Positions 12,544 to 24,100 of a stretch of 64,000 nt of DNA are shown here, piece by piece. Made by a program: the position numbers and the translations under genes. The number at the start of each line of letters is the position of its first letter. Position 1 is the first letter of the stretch. This DNA comes from Takakia lepidozioides (taxonomy: Eukaryota; Plantae; Bryophyta): contig CM060731.1 of NCBI GenBank assembly GCA_030704615.1, forward strand, positions 83,700,001 to 83,764,000, read 5' to 3'. The notes beneath the pieces were generated by a model. That model worked only from the letters and a program-made list of their open reading frames with translations. It was not told the DNA's origin and did not search any database.

Positions 12544-12963
12544 CTACAACTGCATTCCCACAGCTCGGTACAGGATGGTGTCTGATGGGGGTACGTGCCA
12601 TTCGATTCCGCAACCTCCGTCGTTACCTAGCACGACAATGGTCTCGTCAACCTGTCCAGGAACATCCTTCTTTTCTTCTTCCAAATAAACTGTGCCCGGT
12701 TTGAGCTTGAATTTGGAACAAAGGTAAGTTTCAGTCACTTTGCAAAGTCCTCCCTCGTTTGGGATCCAGGCTCTCCCAAGTTGCGGAGGACAGCAAACTA
12801 TAGCGTAGGAATTTGGAGCCATCGAAGATCGCACGAAGTTGGCAAGTGCGAGGTTCAGTATAGCGACAGACCAAGGCTCACAGGCACCATGTAAGTGGAT
12901 CTGCGGAGTCCATCGACGATTGGAAGTCGCACATTGAAGTGGAAAGTATTGTTTCAAGCTACA
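12544..12963 (-). pseudogene. N-terminal segment of the subfamily-2 transposase-side gene
   Basis: LCKVTETYLCSKFKLKPGTVYLEEEKKD...IVVL...EWHVPPSDTILYRAVG aligns with CRVMEKYLCVRYHLKPGSVFLEEERKD...IVVL...EWRVPPSDSVIYRAVG in ORF 51817-54090. Interrupted by the gypsy LTR at 12964. Confidence 0.75.
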
Positions 12964-13689
12964 TGTCGCGCACCTCACTTCGGTAAGCTCCCCCCTCAAG
13001 TCATAGTTACTCGCTTGATGCGCGCGCCTAACTCCCAATCTGGCCGCCGGGCCAACTTGGAGCTCCGGCTGCTCACCGGGGCATAACGGTCCCCCTTTGA
13101 TCTCCCAAAGAACCCTCCAACGATTTGGAACCAGCGGAATTCCCTTTGGTAGTTGGCAGTCCGGAACAGCTCCCCACTCTTTGGTCGCTTTCCGGCTCGC
13201 TCGCTTACTCACTAGTTTTTGGTCACCAACGGGCTTGCACCGTTCTCGGGGTTACTACTCCCTATATATACTTCTGTAGCTGTCCGCAGGGGTTTCACAA
13301 ACAACCATGCCATTTTATGGCGAACCACCACGAACACCCTCGACTCCCGGTGATGAGTCGCGGTGAGTCTTGGCCCACCCACCACGGCCCCTATGGACCG
13401 TGATGAGTCCCAAGACTCCCCACGACTCCCACCACGAGGTCTCCGCCCCAGGGTGAGTCCTATGCCACCCCCACTAAGTCCCGCTAAGCTACCACCACCC
13501 CTTGTGGAGCCACCCCCACCGCAACCTGGTGTGCGGGGCTCCACCTACTGAGCGCCTCCGCCTCCTTGAGTGCCTTGGGCACTCAAGGGTGCTTCAGCCC
13601 CCCATACCTATCGCTGCCACTGCCCCCACCACAGGGGCAACCCCTCTTGTGTCCCGACCCTCCTGCCCTCAAGGCAGAGGGCCGCGACA
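12964..13689 (-). repeat. 3' LTR of the chromovirus (726 bp)
   Basis: TGTCGCG...CGCGACA inverted termini. Purine-rich GGTAGGGGTGTG (PPT-like) is adjacent on the minus strand. Matches 19207-19528 and 25453-26180. Confidence 0.93.
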
Positions 13690-14596
13690 CACACCCCTAC
13701 CAACAGGGAGTCGATGTCCTCATCAGCTTGTCCATTTTGTGGAAACGAACATCCAAGTTGTGGCGTCCCACATCAAGGAGTTTGTTTCCGTACCATGGCG
13801 TCCCATGGCAAAGAACCAAACCCCACACTTGACTCTACTCTCCACTAGCTAGTTCGGTCGACTTCCTCCAAGTCCTGGCCAAGGGTGGAGCCTCTCAAGC
13901 TCCTCCCAGTGCACTCTTCTTGGCCTACTTCAAGGCCAAGGAACGATCCTCCTCGAGGATCGAATCGCCTTACTGCAACAACATTGCTTGCGACCGCTCA
14001 TGATGCCGCTTTTGGCATCACCTTGAGCAAGGGTTCACCTCGAACCCTCTTTGACTAGGAAGATAACCTTGAACCAACCGCGCGCCCCAATCACTACAAT
14101 TAGGTCCGCTTTGGAATGCTGGCCTGAGGTACGGGAACACGCCGAAGCCGCACTACGACTTCGTCCCGAGGCTACACGATTATAGTACGTGAACGGAAGC
14201 ACGTAGCTTCCGTGTTAGCCCGCACTACAAAGCAACCCCCTTCGGTAGCGCAGTTATAGTATGCGCACGCGCCAGGTGCGCACTAGCACGTGAACTCCTA
14301 AAGAAGGCGCAAGTTTCCTTGCCCCTTGGATGGGAGTCACCCGATTTCGGCACTGCGCAAACACACGATTAACCCAATTTACCTCTCCCACTTTTGTTAG
14401 CTAGCATGCATTCTACACACTAGCCAACCACACCATGCATCACCATTCCAAACAAAATAGGACGCACAACATTTGGAACCCATTTCCTTTATAACAAATT
14501 TTTGTACAATACAAGTTTTTGCAATCGGATTCCTAAGCTAGCTAAGCCGGGCTAAGCATGCATTTCCTCCCCCACGCTCGAAGGTTGATGTCCCCA

Positions 14597-15307
14597 TCAA
14601 CGCTTCTTCCGCTTTTGAGGTCGTCCTTCGAAAACTGCAACCGCCTCGGATGTGTTTCCCATTTTTGAGGCACGCACCCAAGATGCCTCCACATGATGAT
14701 AGCCCTTCCATTTGACGAGATACTCCGTTTCTTGGTTCTTGAACCTCCTCGACTTAAGTACTGCCTCCACCTCGTACTCAGGTTCATTTTCATGATCCAA
14801 CAGCACAGGTGGCGGACGCAACACTTGATGCCGATTCGGACGCGCTTCATCTTTAAAGTAAGGCTTCAGAAGGGAGACGTGGAATACTGGATGCACCTTG
14901 CTGTTTGCCGGCAGCTCCAATTCATACACATCCTCATTCATAACCTTCCGGATGCGAAAGGGTCCCGCATATGGAGGTACGAACTTTGGACTCACTTCCG
15001 GAGGTAGTCGGAAATTCTTGATGTTCAACCAGACCTTTGTGTCTGCCTCAAACTTCACTTCCCTCCGCTTCCGATTCGCCTGCCTTTCATACCGTTTCCT
15101 AGCTTTGGCAATGTTGTACTTTGCGTGCTTCAACAAACGCTCGGGTTCTTCCAGTACCACCGCTACTGCCAGTTCCTCAACGTCCTGGGCGGCCCAACTT
15201 GTCGGCACCAGAGGTGCTTTTCCATAGACCAATACGAAAGGGGAAACTCCCGTTGCGGAGTGTTCTGTGTTATTATAACAGAACTCTGCCGCGTCTAAAT
15301 GTTCCAC
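14597..15307 (-). pseudogene. Integrase C-terminus with GPY/F motif and chromodomain
   Basis: YAGPFRI...VHPVFHVSLLK; YEVEAVLKSR...EYLVKWKGYHHVEASW. Confidence 0.92.
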
Positions 15308-17398
15308 CTAGTTTGTTTGGTCTGCCGACACGTAATTCCGCAAGATCTGCTTCACTACGGAATTCACTCTTTCCGTTTGGCCGTCGGTCGCAGGTCGGAA
15401 GGCGGTGCTCATCTTCAGCCTCGTCCCCATCTTCTTCCAAAGTGCCCTCCAAAATTTACTCGTAAACTTTGGATCGCGGTCCGAGACAATATCCTTCGGG
15501 ACTCCATAATGCTTTAAGACGTGGGCGAAGTAAAGTCGCCCTGTTTCTTACGTCGTTGCCGTCTCCTTGGTGGGGATGAAATGGCCCATTTTACTGAACC
15601 TATCCACCACCACCATGATTGCATCGAATCATTTTGACAACGGCATAGCAGTCATGAAATCCATCGAGACGCTTTCCCAAGTTCCCTCTGGAATCGGCAA
15701 GGGTTGTAACAGCCCCGCTTGCTTTTTCTACTCGCTTCGGTTTTGTTGGCATGTGGTGCATGTCTTGACATACTCCTCTGCCTCCTCAGTTTGGGCCAGA
15801 AATACTCCTTCTTCAAGAGTGCCGCAGTGCGCTTGGCTCCGCCGTGGCCCGCAAGCGAGCTATCATGGCATTCTCTCAAGAGGCTATTTCTGATCCCTCC
15901 CTTCGGCACGTAGAGACGCTTTTGCTTATACCGGAGCAGTCCATTTTGCAAGTGGAACTGCGATTTAACCCCCATCCTCAAGTCCTGCATCACGGACTTC
16001 GCCAGCTCATCCTTTCGGCAAGCCTTCCGGATCTTCCTTTGGAGCGCCGTCTCGCCCCTATACACCAACAGGAGCTGCTGCTTTCTACTTAAAGCATTGG
16101 CCACCACGTTGTCCTGTCCCGGTTTGTACTGGATATTCACGTCGAACACCGCCAAAGTATCTTGCCACCTAAGTTGTTTTGGGGACAACTTGGGCTGCGT
16201 GGCAAAATACTTCACCGTGACATTGTCCGTGAACACCTTCACTGGGTTGGAACCAACATAGTGGCGCCAAAGCTCAAGACAGTGCACCATCGCCTTCATC
16301 TCTTTCTCGTTCGTCGGCCACCGTCACTCCACTTCATTCAGTTTCTTACTTTCGTAAGCCACTGGACGTCCATCTTGCATCAATACACCCCCAATCGCAA
16401 AGTCCGACGCATCTGTATGAATCTCGAACGGACGATTGAACTCCGGGATTTTCAAGACTAGAGCTTCCGCCATCCGCTGCTTCAATTCAGCAAAAGCTTG
16501 GCCACAAAAGGTGTTCCATGCCCAGACTTTGGATTTACACATAAGGTCTGACAGCGGCCCCGCGATCTTGGCGAAATTTCTCACATACTTCCGGTAATAG
16601 GAGGCGAGTCCTAGGAAGGATCGCACTCCCGGGACCGAAGTCAGAGGCTCCCAGTCCAAGATTGCCCTCACCTTCCTGTCATCCATTCTGATCCCATCCT
16701 GTGTAATCACATGCCCCAGGAACTCCACTTTTGTGACCCCGAATTTGCACTTTGGAGCTTTGGCATACAGCTTCCATTCCCGTAATTTCTGGAACACCCT
16801 TTTGAGGTGCTCCAGGTGCTCCTCCTTGGTTTTCGAATACACCAAGATGTCGTCGATGTACACGATCACATAAGTCATCCAACCACTCCTGGAAAAGGCT
16901 GTTCATCAGCGTGCTAAAAGTCGCGGGAGCGTTGGTGAGTCCAAAAGGCATCACCAAGAACTCATATGAACCATACCTTGTCCTGCACGCGGTCTTCTCC
17001 TCATCTCCTTCCGCCACTCGAATTTGATGATAGCCGGAGCACAGATCGATCCGGCTGAAATACTTCGCTCCTACCAACCGATCGAAAAGGTCGTCAATCC
17101 TTGGCAAAGGGTACCGGTTTTTGATAGTCACCTTATTCAAAGCACTGTAATCGACACACATCCGCAGCGTCCCATCCTTCTTATCTGCGAATAGCACCGG
17201 GGCTCCGTAAGGTGACTTACTTGGCCGGATGTACCCCTTTGACATTAGATCTTTGAGCTGAGTCTTCAGCTCGACGAACTCTCTGTGGCTCAACCGGTAG
17301 GGCGCCTTGGCAGGCGGTTCCGATCCCGGTATCACCTCAATCTTGTGGTCAACTCCTCTTCGCGGTGGCAAGCCGCTTGGTAAATCCTCCGGCATCAC
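15308..17398 (-). pseudogene. Reverse transcriptase, RNase H and integrase core (frameshifted)
   Basis: [48 protein letters not shown], and the start of the integrase zinc finger ECHDSSLAGHGG. Confidence 0.93.
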
Positions 17399-17413
17399 AT
17401 CCTGGTATTTCTC

Positions 17414-17974
17414 CTAAATCCCCTTGATCCAATCTGGGCTCGGCTCCCCATCGCCTTCTCCATTTACTTCTCTAATGTAAAGCAAAAACTGGGGCTCGTG
17501 TGCCTCCTCCACGGCCCACTCCCTTGCTGACAGAAGGTTTATTCGCCCTCCCACGGGTTTGGGCGTTTCCAACATTCGTAAGACCTCGCCACCATTCCCA
17601 CATGGCAGCGTGACTACTCTCTTGCGGCCATCTATGACCGCTCCGGATTTGCTCAAAAAGGTCATCCCCAAAATGAGATCCACTCCATCGATCTCGCAGA
17701 TGGTGAAGTTCTCACGTCCCTCCCAACTCCCCAGTTGAAGAGGAACATCGAACGCCAACCTTGTTGCCAATTGCAGTTCTCCTTTGGCAGAACGCACCTC
17801 AATAGAGGCCCCCACGTCACTTGTCGGGAGTCCCAGCTTTTGTGCCGTTGCCGGTGTCATGAAGGAGTGCGACGCTCCTGTGTCCACCAATAACGACACG
17901 TTAGTTTCGGATATTATCCCATCCACGAACAATAACTGACTCCCTTTACGTAAGGCGCCAGGGATACAACTCAC
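17414..17974 (-). pseudogene. Retroviral-type aspartic protease
   Basis: LLVDTGASHSF and DLILGMTFL motifs. Confidence 0.9.
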
Positions 17975-19205
17975 TAGAAAATTTGCCTACCTTGCAAGTC
18001 CTGGCGACCACCGCTTCCACCAAGCGACTGATGGTATCTTCCGACAGCTCTATGGTCGCCCGAGTCATGTTCAATTGCCGGGGCTTCGTGCACTTCTTGG
18101 CCATGTGCCTGGGCTCCCCGCAATTGAAACACACTCCATCAAAGATCGCCTTCTGTCCGCCATAGGCCGCTCCACCTGTTTTTCCTTTCGAAGCACCGGG
18201 TGTCGCCTTGACTTGTGAAGGCCCTCCCTTCGATTTCCACGTGCCATTGTTGCCGCGTGGCCTATCCCACTTCTTTTCCGGTCGGAAGGAGTCACCTTCC
18301 CGCCGGGTCTTCTTGTGGTTCAGCTCCGTACGGCCTTGTCTTTCACCCTTTGGGACATCCGAGAAACATTCAGCCCTCTCAATTGCCTCGCTCAAAGTCT
18401 TAGGTGGCTTCTCCTCCAACTTCCGCCTGGCCCATGGGGCCAGTCCCGCCACAAAGTTGAAGACCATTTTTGGTTCTGCCATGTCCGCGACTTCGAGCAA
18501 CAGCACATTGAAAGCCTGGACATATCCCCGAATGTCATATGTTTGCTTCAAATTCCTCATCTTGTCCTGGGCGAGCCAGGACGCGTTGAGGGGCACAAAT
18601 TGCCTCTTCATCAATTCCTTGAACCCACTCCAGTTCAAGGTTTCCGGGCTTGGACCTCGGTCGTGAAGGCGTTTCTGCCACCATTGTTGAGCATAGCCCC
18701 TCAAATAGGTGGGAGCCACTTCCACCCGATCCTCGTCATTCAACTTGGCCGCCCGGAAGTACTGCTCTAGCTCCAAGAGCCAGGTGTTGAGTGCCTTCCG
18801 ATTTCGGACGCCCTCGAAGGTGCCGGGTTCCTTAGGCTTCACCTTAAATTTTGCCTTAGTGGAAGTGGCATTAGCCGCCTTTAACACGTCTTTCAACGTC
18901 CCGCCAAATTGCGCCAACAACCCTTCCCAAAAGGCCGCCGACATGGGAGGCATCTGTTGGTCGGTCGGAGCTCTCATGGATTCCTCAGGCTCCGACTCCT
19001 CAGATTCCTCCCGCTCTTGAACGGCCTTGTTTTCGGAAACATGCATCGCTTCCTCAAACGGCCGCCTCGGTGATACGTCGCCCCCATCGGGCTCACCAGG
19101 ATCATCATCTTTTGGGCCGTTCCGCTTTCGCTTTGGCTTGCCCGACCCCATGATGAGGCCAATCCCAAGGACGATCGCGTACTGAACTCTAAGCTCTGAT
19201 ACCAA
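17946..19205 (-). CDS. Gag with retrotransposon gag domain and CCHC zinc knuckle
   Basis: Open 419-aa ORF with LRGYAQQWW and CFNCGEPRHMAKKC. True start is probably the ATG of IMGSGK. Confidence 0.9.
   Translation of the reverse strand: MVSELRVQYAIVLGIGLIMGSGKPKRKRNGPKDDDPGEPDGGDVSPRRPFEEAMHVSENKAVQEREESEESEPEESMRAPTDQQMPPMSAAFWEGLLAQFGGTLKDVLKAANATSTKAKFKVKPKEPGTFEGVRNRKALNTWLLELEQYFRAAKLNDEDRVEVAPTYLRGYAQQWWQKRLHDRGPSPETLNWSGFKELMKRQFVPLNASWLAQDKMRNLKQTYDIRGYVQAFNVLLLEVADMAEPKMVFNFVAGLAPWARRKLEEKPPKTLSEAIERAECFSDVPKGERQGRTELNHKKTRREGDSFRPEKKWDRPRGNNGTWKSKGGPSQVKATPGASKGKTGGAAYGGQKAIFDGVCFNCGEPRHMAKKCTKPRQLNMTRATIELSEDTISRLVEAVVARTCKVGKFSSELYPWRLT
19191..19204 (-). promoter_or_regulatory. 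Primer-binding site (initiator tRNA-Met)
   Basis: Minus strand TGGTATCAGAGCTT immediately after the 5' LTR. Confidence 0.9.
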
Positions 19206-19206
19206 G

Positions 19207-19528
19207 TATCGCGCACCTCACTTCGGTAAGCTCCCCCTCAAGTCATAGTTACTCGCTTGATGCGCGCACCTAACTCCCAACCTGGCCGCCGGGCCAACTT
19301 GGAGCTCCAGCTGCTCACCGGGGCATAATGGTCCCCCTTTGATCTCCCAAAGAACCCTCCAACGATTTGGAACCAGCGGAATTCCCTTTGGTAGCTGGCA
19401 GTCCGGAACAGCTCCCCACTTTTTGGTCGCTTTCCGGCTCGCTCGCTTACTCACTAGTTTTTGGTCACCAACGGGCTTGCACCATTCTCGGGGTTACTAC
19501 TCCCTATATATACTTCTGTAGCTGTCCG
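19207..19528 (-). repeat. Truncated 5' LTR
   Basis: Matches 12964-~13286, then switches abruptly into the palindrome array. Confidence 0.9.
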
Positions 19529-19539
19529 TTTTGTATCTG

Positions 19540-20890
19540 ACGCAGGGATAGAAATGCTGCACCACAATTTCCGTCCGGGTGAGACCTTCATACTCTCCTG
19601 AACGGAAATGCGGTACCGCATTTCCGTTCTGACTGAAAATCGTGAACCATCGGAACTGAAATGCGGCACCGCATTTACGTCCGAGTCGCATCTTCCGACA
19701 TTCCAGAACGGAAATGCGGCGCCGCATTTCCATCCATGTGAGACCTTCAAACTTTCCAGACCGAGGCCAGACCGGAAATGCGGCACCGCATTTCCGTTCA
19801 GGTGAGACCTTTATACTTTCCCGAACGGAAATGTGGCACGGCATTTCCGTTCATCAACTAAGGTATGTGAAGGTGGAACGGAAATGCGGTACCGCATTTC
19901 CGTTCAGATTAAAAACCTTGAACCACGGGAACTGAAATGTTGTGCCACATTTCCGTCCGAATCGCACCTTCCGACATACCAGAACGGAAATGCGGCGCCG
20001 CATTCTGTTTTCTATCTCAGGCATGGAGCGGAGGGACGAAAATTTTGCACCGCATTTCCGTTTGTTTGAGACCTTCATACTCTCCAAAACGGAAATGCGG
20101 TACCGCATTTCCGTTCTGACTGAAAACCGTGAACCATCGGAACTGAAATGCGGCACCGCATTTCCGTTTTGTATCTGAGGCATGGAGCCGAGTGACGGAA
20201 ATGCTGCAGCGCATTTCCGGCCGGTTAAGACCTTCATACTCTCCAGAACGGAAATGCGGTACCGCATTTTTGTTCTGATTGAGAATTATGAACAACGGTA
20301 ACTCAAATGCGGCACCGCATTTCCGTCCGAGTTGCACCTTCCAACTTTCCAGAACGGAAACGCGGCGCCGCATTTCCATCCATGTGAGACCTTCAAACTT
20401 TCCAGACCGGAAATGCGGCACCGCATTTCCGTTCAGGTGAGACCTTTATACTTTCCCGAACGGAAATGTGGCACGGCATTTCCGTTCATCAACTAAGGTA
20501 TGTGAAGGTGGAACGGAAATGCGGTACCGCATTTCCGTTCAGATTGAAAATCATGAACCACGGGAACTGAAATGTTGTGCCGCATTTCCGTCCGAATCGC
20601 ACATTTCGACATTCCTGAACGGAAATGCGGCACCGCATTTCCCTTTTGTATCTCAGGCATGGAGCTGTGGGATGGAAATGCGGCACCGTATTTCCGTTCA
20701 ACAACTAAGGTATGTGAAGTTGGAACGGAAATGCGGTGCCGCATTTTCTTCCAACAAGTATGGATGTGTAGCTTCGTGATGGTACTTAACGGAAATGCGG
20801 CGCCGCATTTGCATTTTCACTCCAAGTCATCATACGCTGGGACGGAAATGCCTTGAAATGTGAACACGTGGAGCAACGGAATTGCGGCAC
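19540..20890. repeat. Array of palindrome GAAATGCGG(CA/TA/CG/TG)CCGCATTTC
   Basis: More than 20 copies at ~45-60 bp spacing, with a higher-order duplication (19720-19990 vs 20370-20640). Confidence 0.92.
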
Positions 20891-21161
20891 ATGTCTGCAC
20901 TCTATCTGACTGAAGTGGCATGAGGCGGCGCGGCCTGACCGTTGGATAATGATGTTTGTTTTTCGGACGGCAGGCGTACCCTGAACGATTCGAATTTTGT
21001 AATGACGCAAAGTCCACGAGGAGACACTTTCGTCCAACCCTTTCGAACCCAAGTGGTGCATCACCGCCGTTTCATCTTCTTTTGTCGTGTCTCCTCAGTC
21101 ACCCCTCTGGCGCCCTTTCTATCTGCACTCTTCGCCCCTTTTCCCTGTCTCTGTTCTTCTT

Positions 21162-24100
21162 ATGCTCGAACCTGAGAGGGAGGGAGTGCGTGCACCAAAG
21201 AAGAGACATCGTCGCAAGCTCCGAAAATTGTACTTCGGACGTAGGCCAATGTCGAAGGGGAGGAAGCAGATGCGTCTACAGGAGGAGATTGCCATCTTGC
21301 AGCATCAGGCCACGCAGGCAACCCAGCCACCAGTGAGAGCTCCGTGCTATCGGGATTCGCCAGCTGATCGAGCACCGAAACCCGCCTCATTTTTCTTCTG
21401 CAATTCTTAGACTGTATGCTAGGAGACTTGAATGCAAAAGATGTTTGCATGCCTAACCGGAAAGGTGGACGTGCTGGAGGGATCGCAGGAATCCGAAGAG
21501 CCGCAGGCAGAGTCCGTGGAGCTAGCTGCAGCACGCACACCCAGCCGATCCACGAGCACGGGTCTTCCTGTCGGGCCTAGCCCTGTGCGTTTCAAGGACG
21601 CGGCTTCCAAGGGCAAGTCTTTGCAGTTCAAAGCCCTGGAGAGCGACTTGCCTTCGAAGGTCATGGAGAATCGCCAGCAGGGGTCTAGCCCTTCTCCAGC
21701 AAAGACGAAGAAGAAGCAGCCCGTCCTTCAACTTGTTTCTGAACCGGACCAGGCCGTTTCCCCCCCACCTAGGCGAATGAAGCAGATTCAATTGCAGTAG
21801 ACACCTTCACCTGCAAGAATGAGGAAGCACAAGGCAATCAGGGGAGGGCGGAGCAGTCTCCCGCAAAACCGATTCCACGAGCTGAAGCCCAGTTCCTGCT
21901 TGATTTCCAGCTTGGTGATGTTGGGGGCGTCTCTGCTGCAGCGAAGGCAATGGGATCGACCGATTTTGTCGATGTGGTACCGGAGGAGGGTACTGCATCT
22001 CAACGTTCGCAGCAAGACCTGACCACCATTGAGGAAGATCTTCATAATATTGAAGGCCCGGAGGAGGCCTCTACAATTGCAAAATTGCCCGCAAAGATTC
22101 CCCAGAGTGCAGCTCCAGTTGGGGATGCTCCAACTGCTCAGCCCCTACCACCACCAGCAGAAATGTCTCCGGAGGAATTCCAAAGTGCAGCGGATACAAT
22201 GTTGGAGGAGACACATAGTAGCATTGGCAGAGTTCTGGGCAGCAGGGTATTCCAGCGGACTCTTTGAATCCCACTCTGTCGCATGGTCTCCCTTCCCATC
22301 GTCAGGCAGGCACTTCCCGGAGATGTGGATAAGCTCAAGTTTGCATTTCGAGAAGGGTATCGTCTAGGTTCGCCAGCCTTCTACGTTTCCCTTGAGAATG
22401 AGGACGGCGAATCTCGTGGACCCACTGCGGATGAATTGTCAACATGGGATACCCACTGGCACACTCGCAACGACGAATTCGAGGCAACACTGAAGGGTGA
22501 TCCAGACTTCGGCCATATGTCGGGTAAAATGTTCTTTGTGTAGGAATCACCGACTTCTCGCCTGGTGGGAGTACATCAAGCAGAACCATGCCAAGCACAT
22601 TGGCTAGCATTACATGGTGGAGTGTGTCATCCTCAAGGTGAAGGCAGCAGACTCCTCCCTGCTCAAGAATGCCATGGCGGACCTCAACTCGTAAGATACT
22701 CATACCCTCCCAAGCACGTTCGAAATGCGGTGCCGCATTTCGGTTTCCAATCTGTTTTGTTTCCGTGCTCTCGTGGACTGAACTGGAGAGTGTGCCTTGC
22801 AGGGTCACTGAAAATGCATACGTGCATACCCACATGGCACATATGCTGTACAAGGTGAGGAAAACTGGTCTCACTGATCCGCACATGTTTGCGGAAATGC
22901 TGGAGCCCGAGCTCATTCAGAAAGCCGTGGCAAAAACTGACCAGACATGGTATCGTCTCACTATGGATGGAATGGTGGAGGTAATATACGAAGTAAGTCG
23001 TCTTCCCATTTCCCTCTGCTCATCCTTCCCCAATTTCCAGTAATCTTTTCACTTGAATCGAATGTAACGCTTCTGCATGTTTTTGTTGGCAGTCAAACAT
23101 CAAGCTGGATTTGACCCATGCCAAACGCTTCTTCATGGAAAGTGAGGGGCAGGTCAAAACGTTGCAGTCATTGACTGAGCACTTGAAGGAAGCCAGGGTC
23201 AAGTCCAGAACGAAATACAAGTCAAAGCTTGTGAAGCTGGTGGCCATTGCAGATCCGACACTTGGAAAGGACTTCATCCCCGAGATTGCAAAACACTATT
23301 CTCAGGCCATGCAGCCAACCATGCAGTTGGAGAAATTGCATCACCTCTCAACGGCATGTGTTGAAGCGAAAGAGAAGGTGATGATTCAATGCACTGAAGT
23401 TCCTTCCTAGCAATAGCCACTCTTCTTCCTGCTCCTGACATTGGATCGGAAATGGCAGACACGGTGGCTGTCGATCTGGAATGCATCGGAGAGTATAAGG
23501 ACAATGTGGTCTTTTCCACTCGAAGTTTCCGACCCTGCAGTGGATGTGTGGCTCAACCGCATGACTTGGTGGTTCCAGGTAATTCAAGGTACTTCCCCAG
23601 ATTTGCTTTTCTGAAATGAATTCCCTGAATTGCTATGTGACAATGCATGTAGGAATCGCAGGTAATGACGAATGCAAAGGAGCAAGTCGTAATGCATACA
23701 AATTCATTCGGCTTGTACGTCAAATGGGATGGAACATAGACATTGGAAGACTACGTCACACGTTTCAGATGTGCGTACAAGGACAACCTCTTTGTCAGGG
23801 AGCTGCAGACAGCAAGAAGGAGCGTGGAGTTTACACATCAGGAGGGAGCAGGAAAAGCTGCAATGCGAATTGTTTACAGATGAAGCCCAGTTGTCCTTGT
23901 ATGCAAAGCCTGGTTATGAGGTTTGTCTGGGAAATGCGGCACCGCATTCGCATTTTAAGTTTTCGGTTGCACTCTGCGGGTACGTTGGTCTCAACATTTG
24001 CTCACGCATGCTGACTCCCCTGCAGGTATATGAAATACGTGCTTCTTCAGACAGGGGCCCTGGCTCAAGAGCCCCCATTCTTCATGGCTTGGACCGTGGC

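Larger units (their letters stand above)
12964..19528 (-). mobile_element. Ty3/gypsy chromovirus LTR retrotransposon, degenerate, with truncated 5' LTR
   Basis: Order gag-PR-RT-RH-INT-chromodomain on the minus strand, two LTR copies, Met-tRNA PBS, several stops and frameshifts. Confidence 0.95.

Noticed and set aside
12544-13212. 222-aa ORF as a single gene
   Set aside because: Chimeric: its N-terminal part lies in the LTR, and only 12544-12963 is transposon-gene sequence.
17946-17990. Programmed -1 frameshift between gag and protease (AAATTTT)
   Set aside because: The protease frame is +1 relative to gag and the heptamer is out of phase; it cannot be distinguished from decay.
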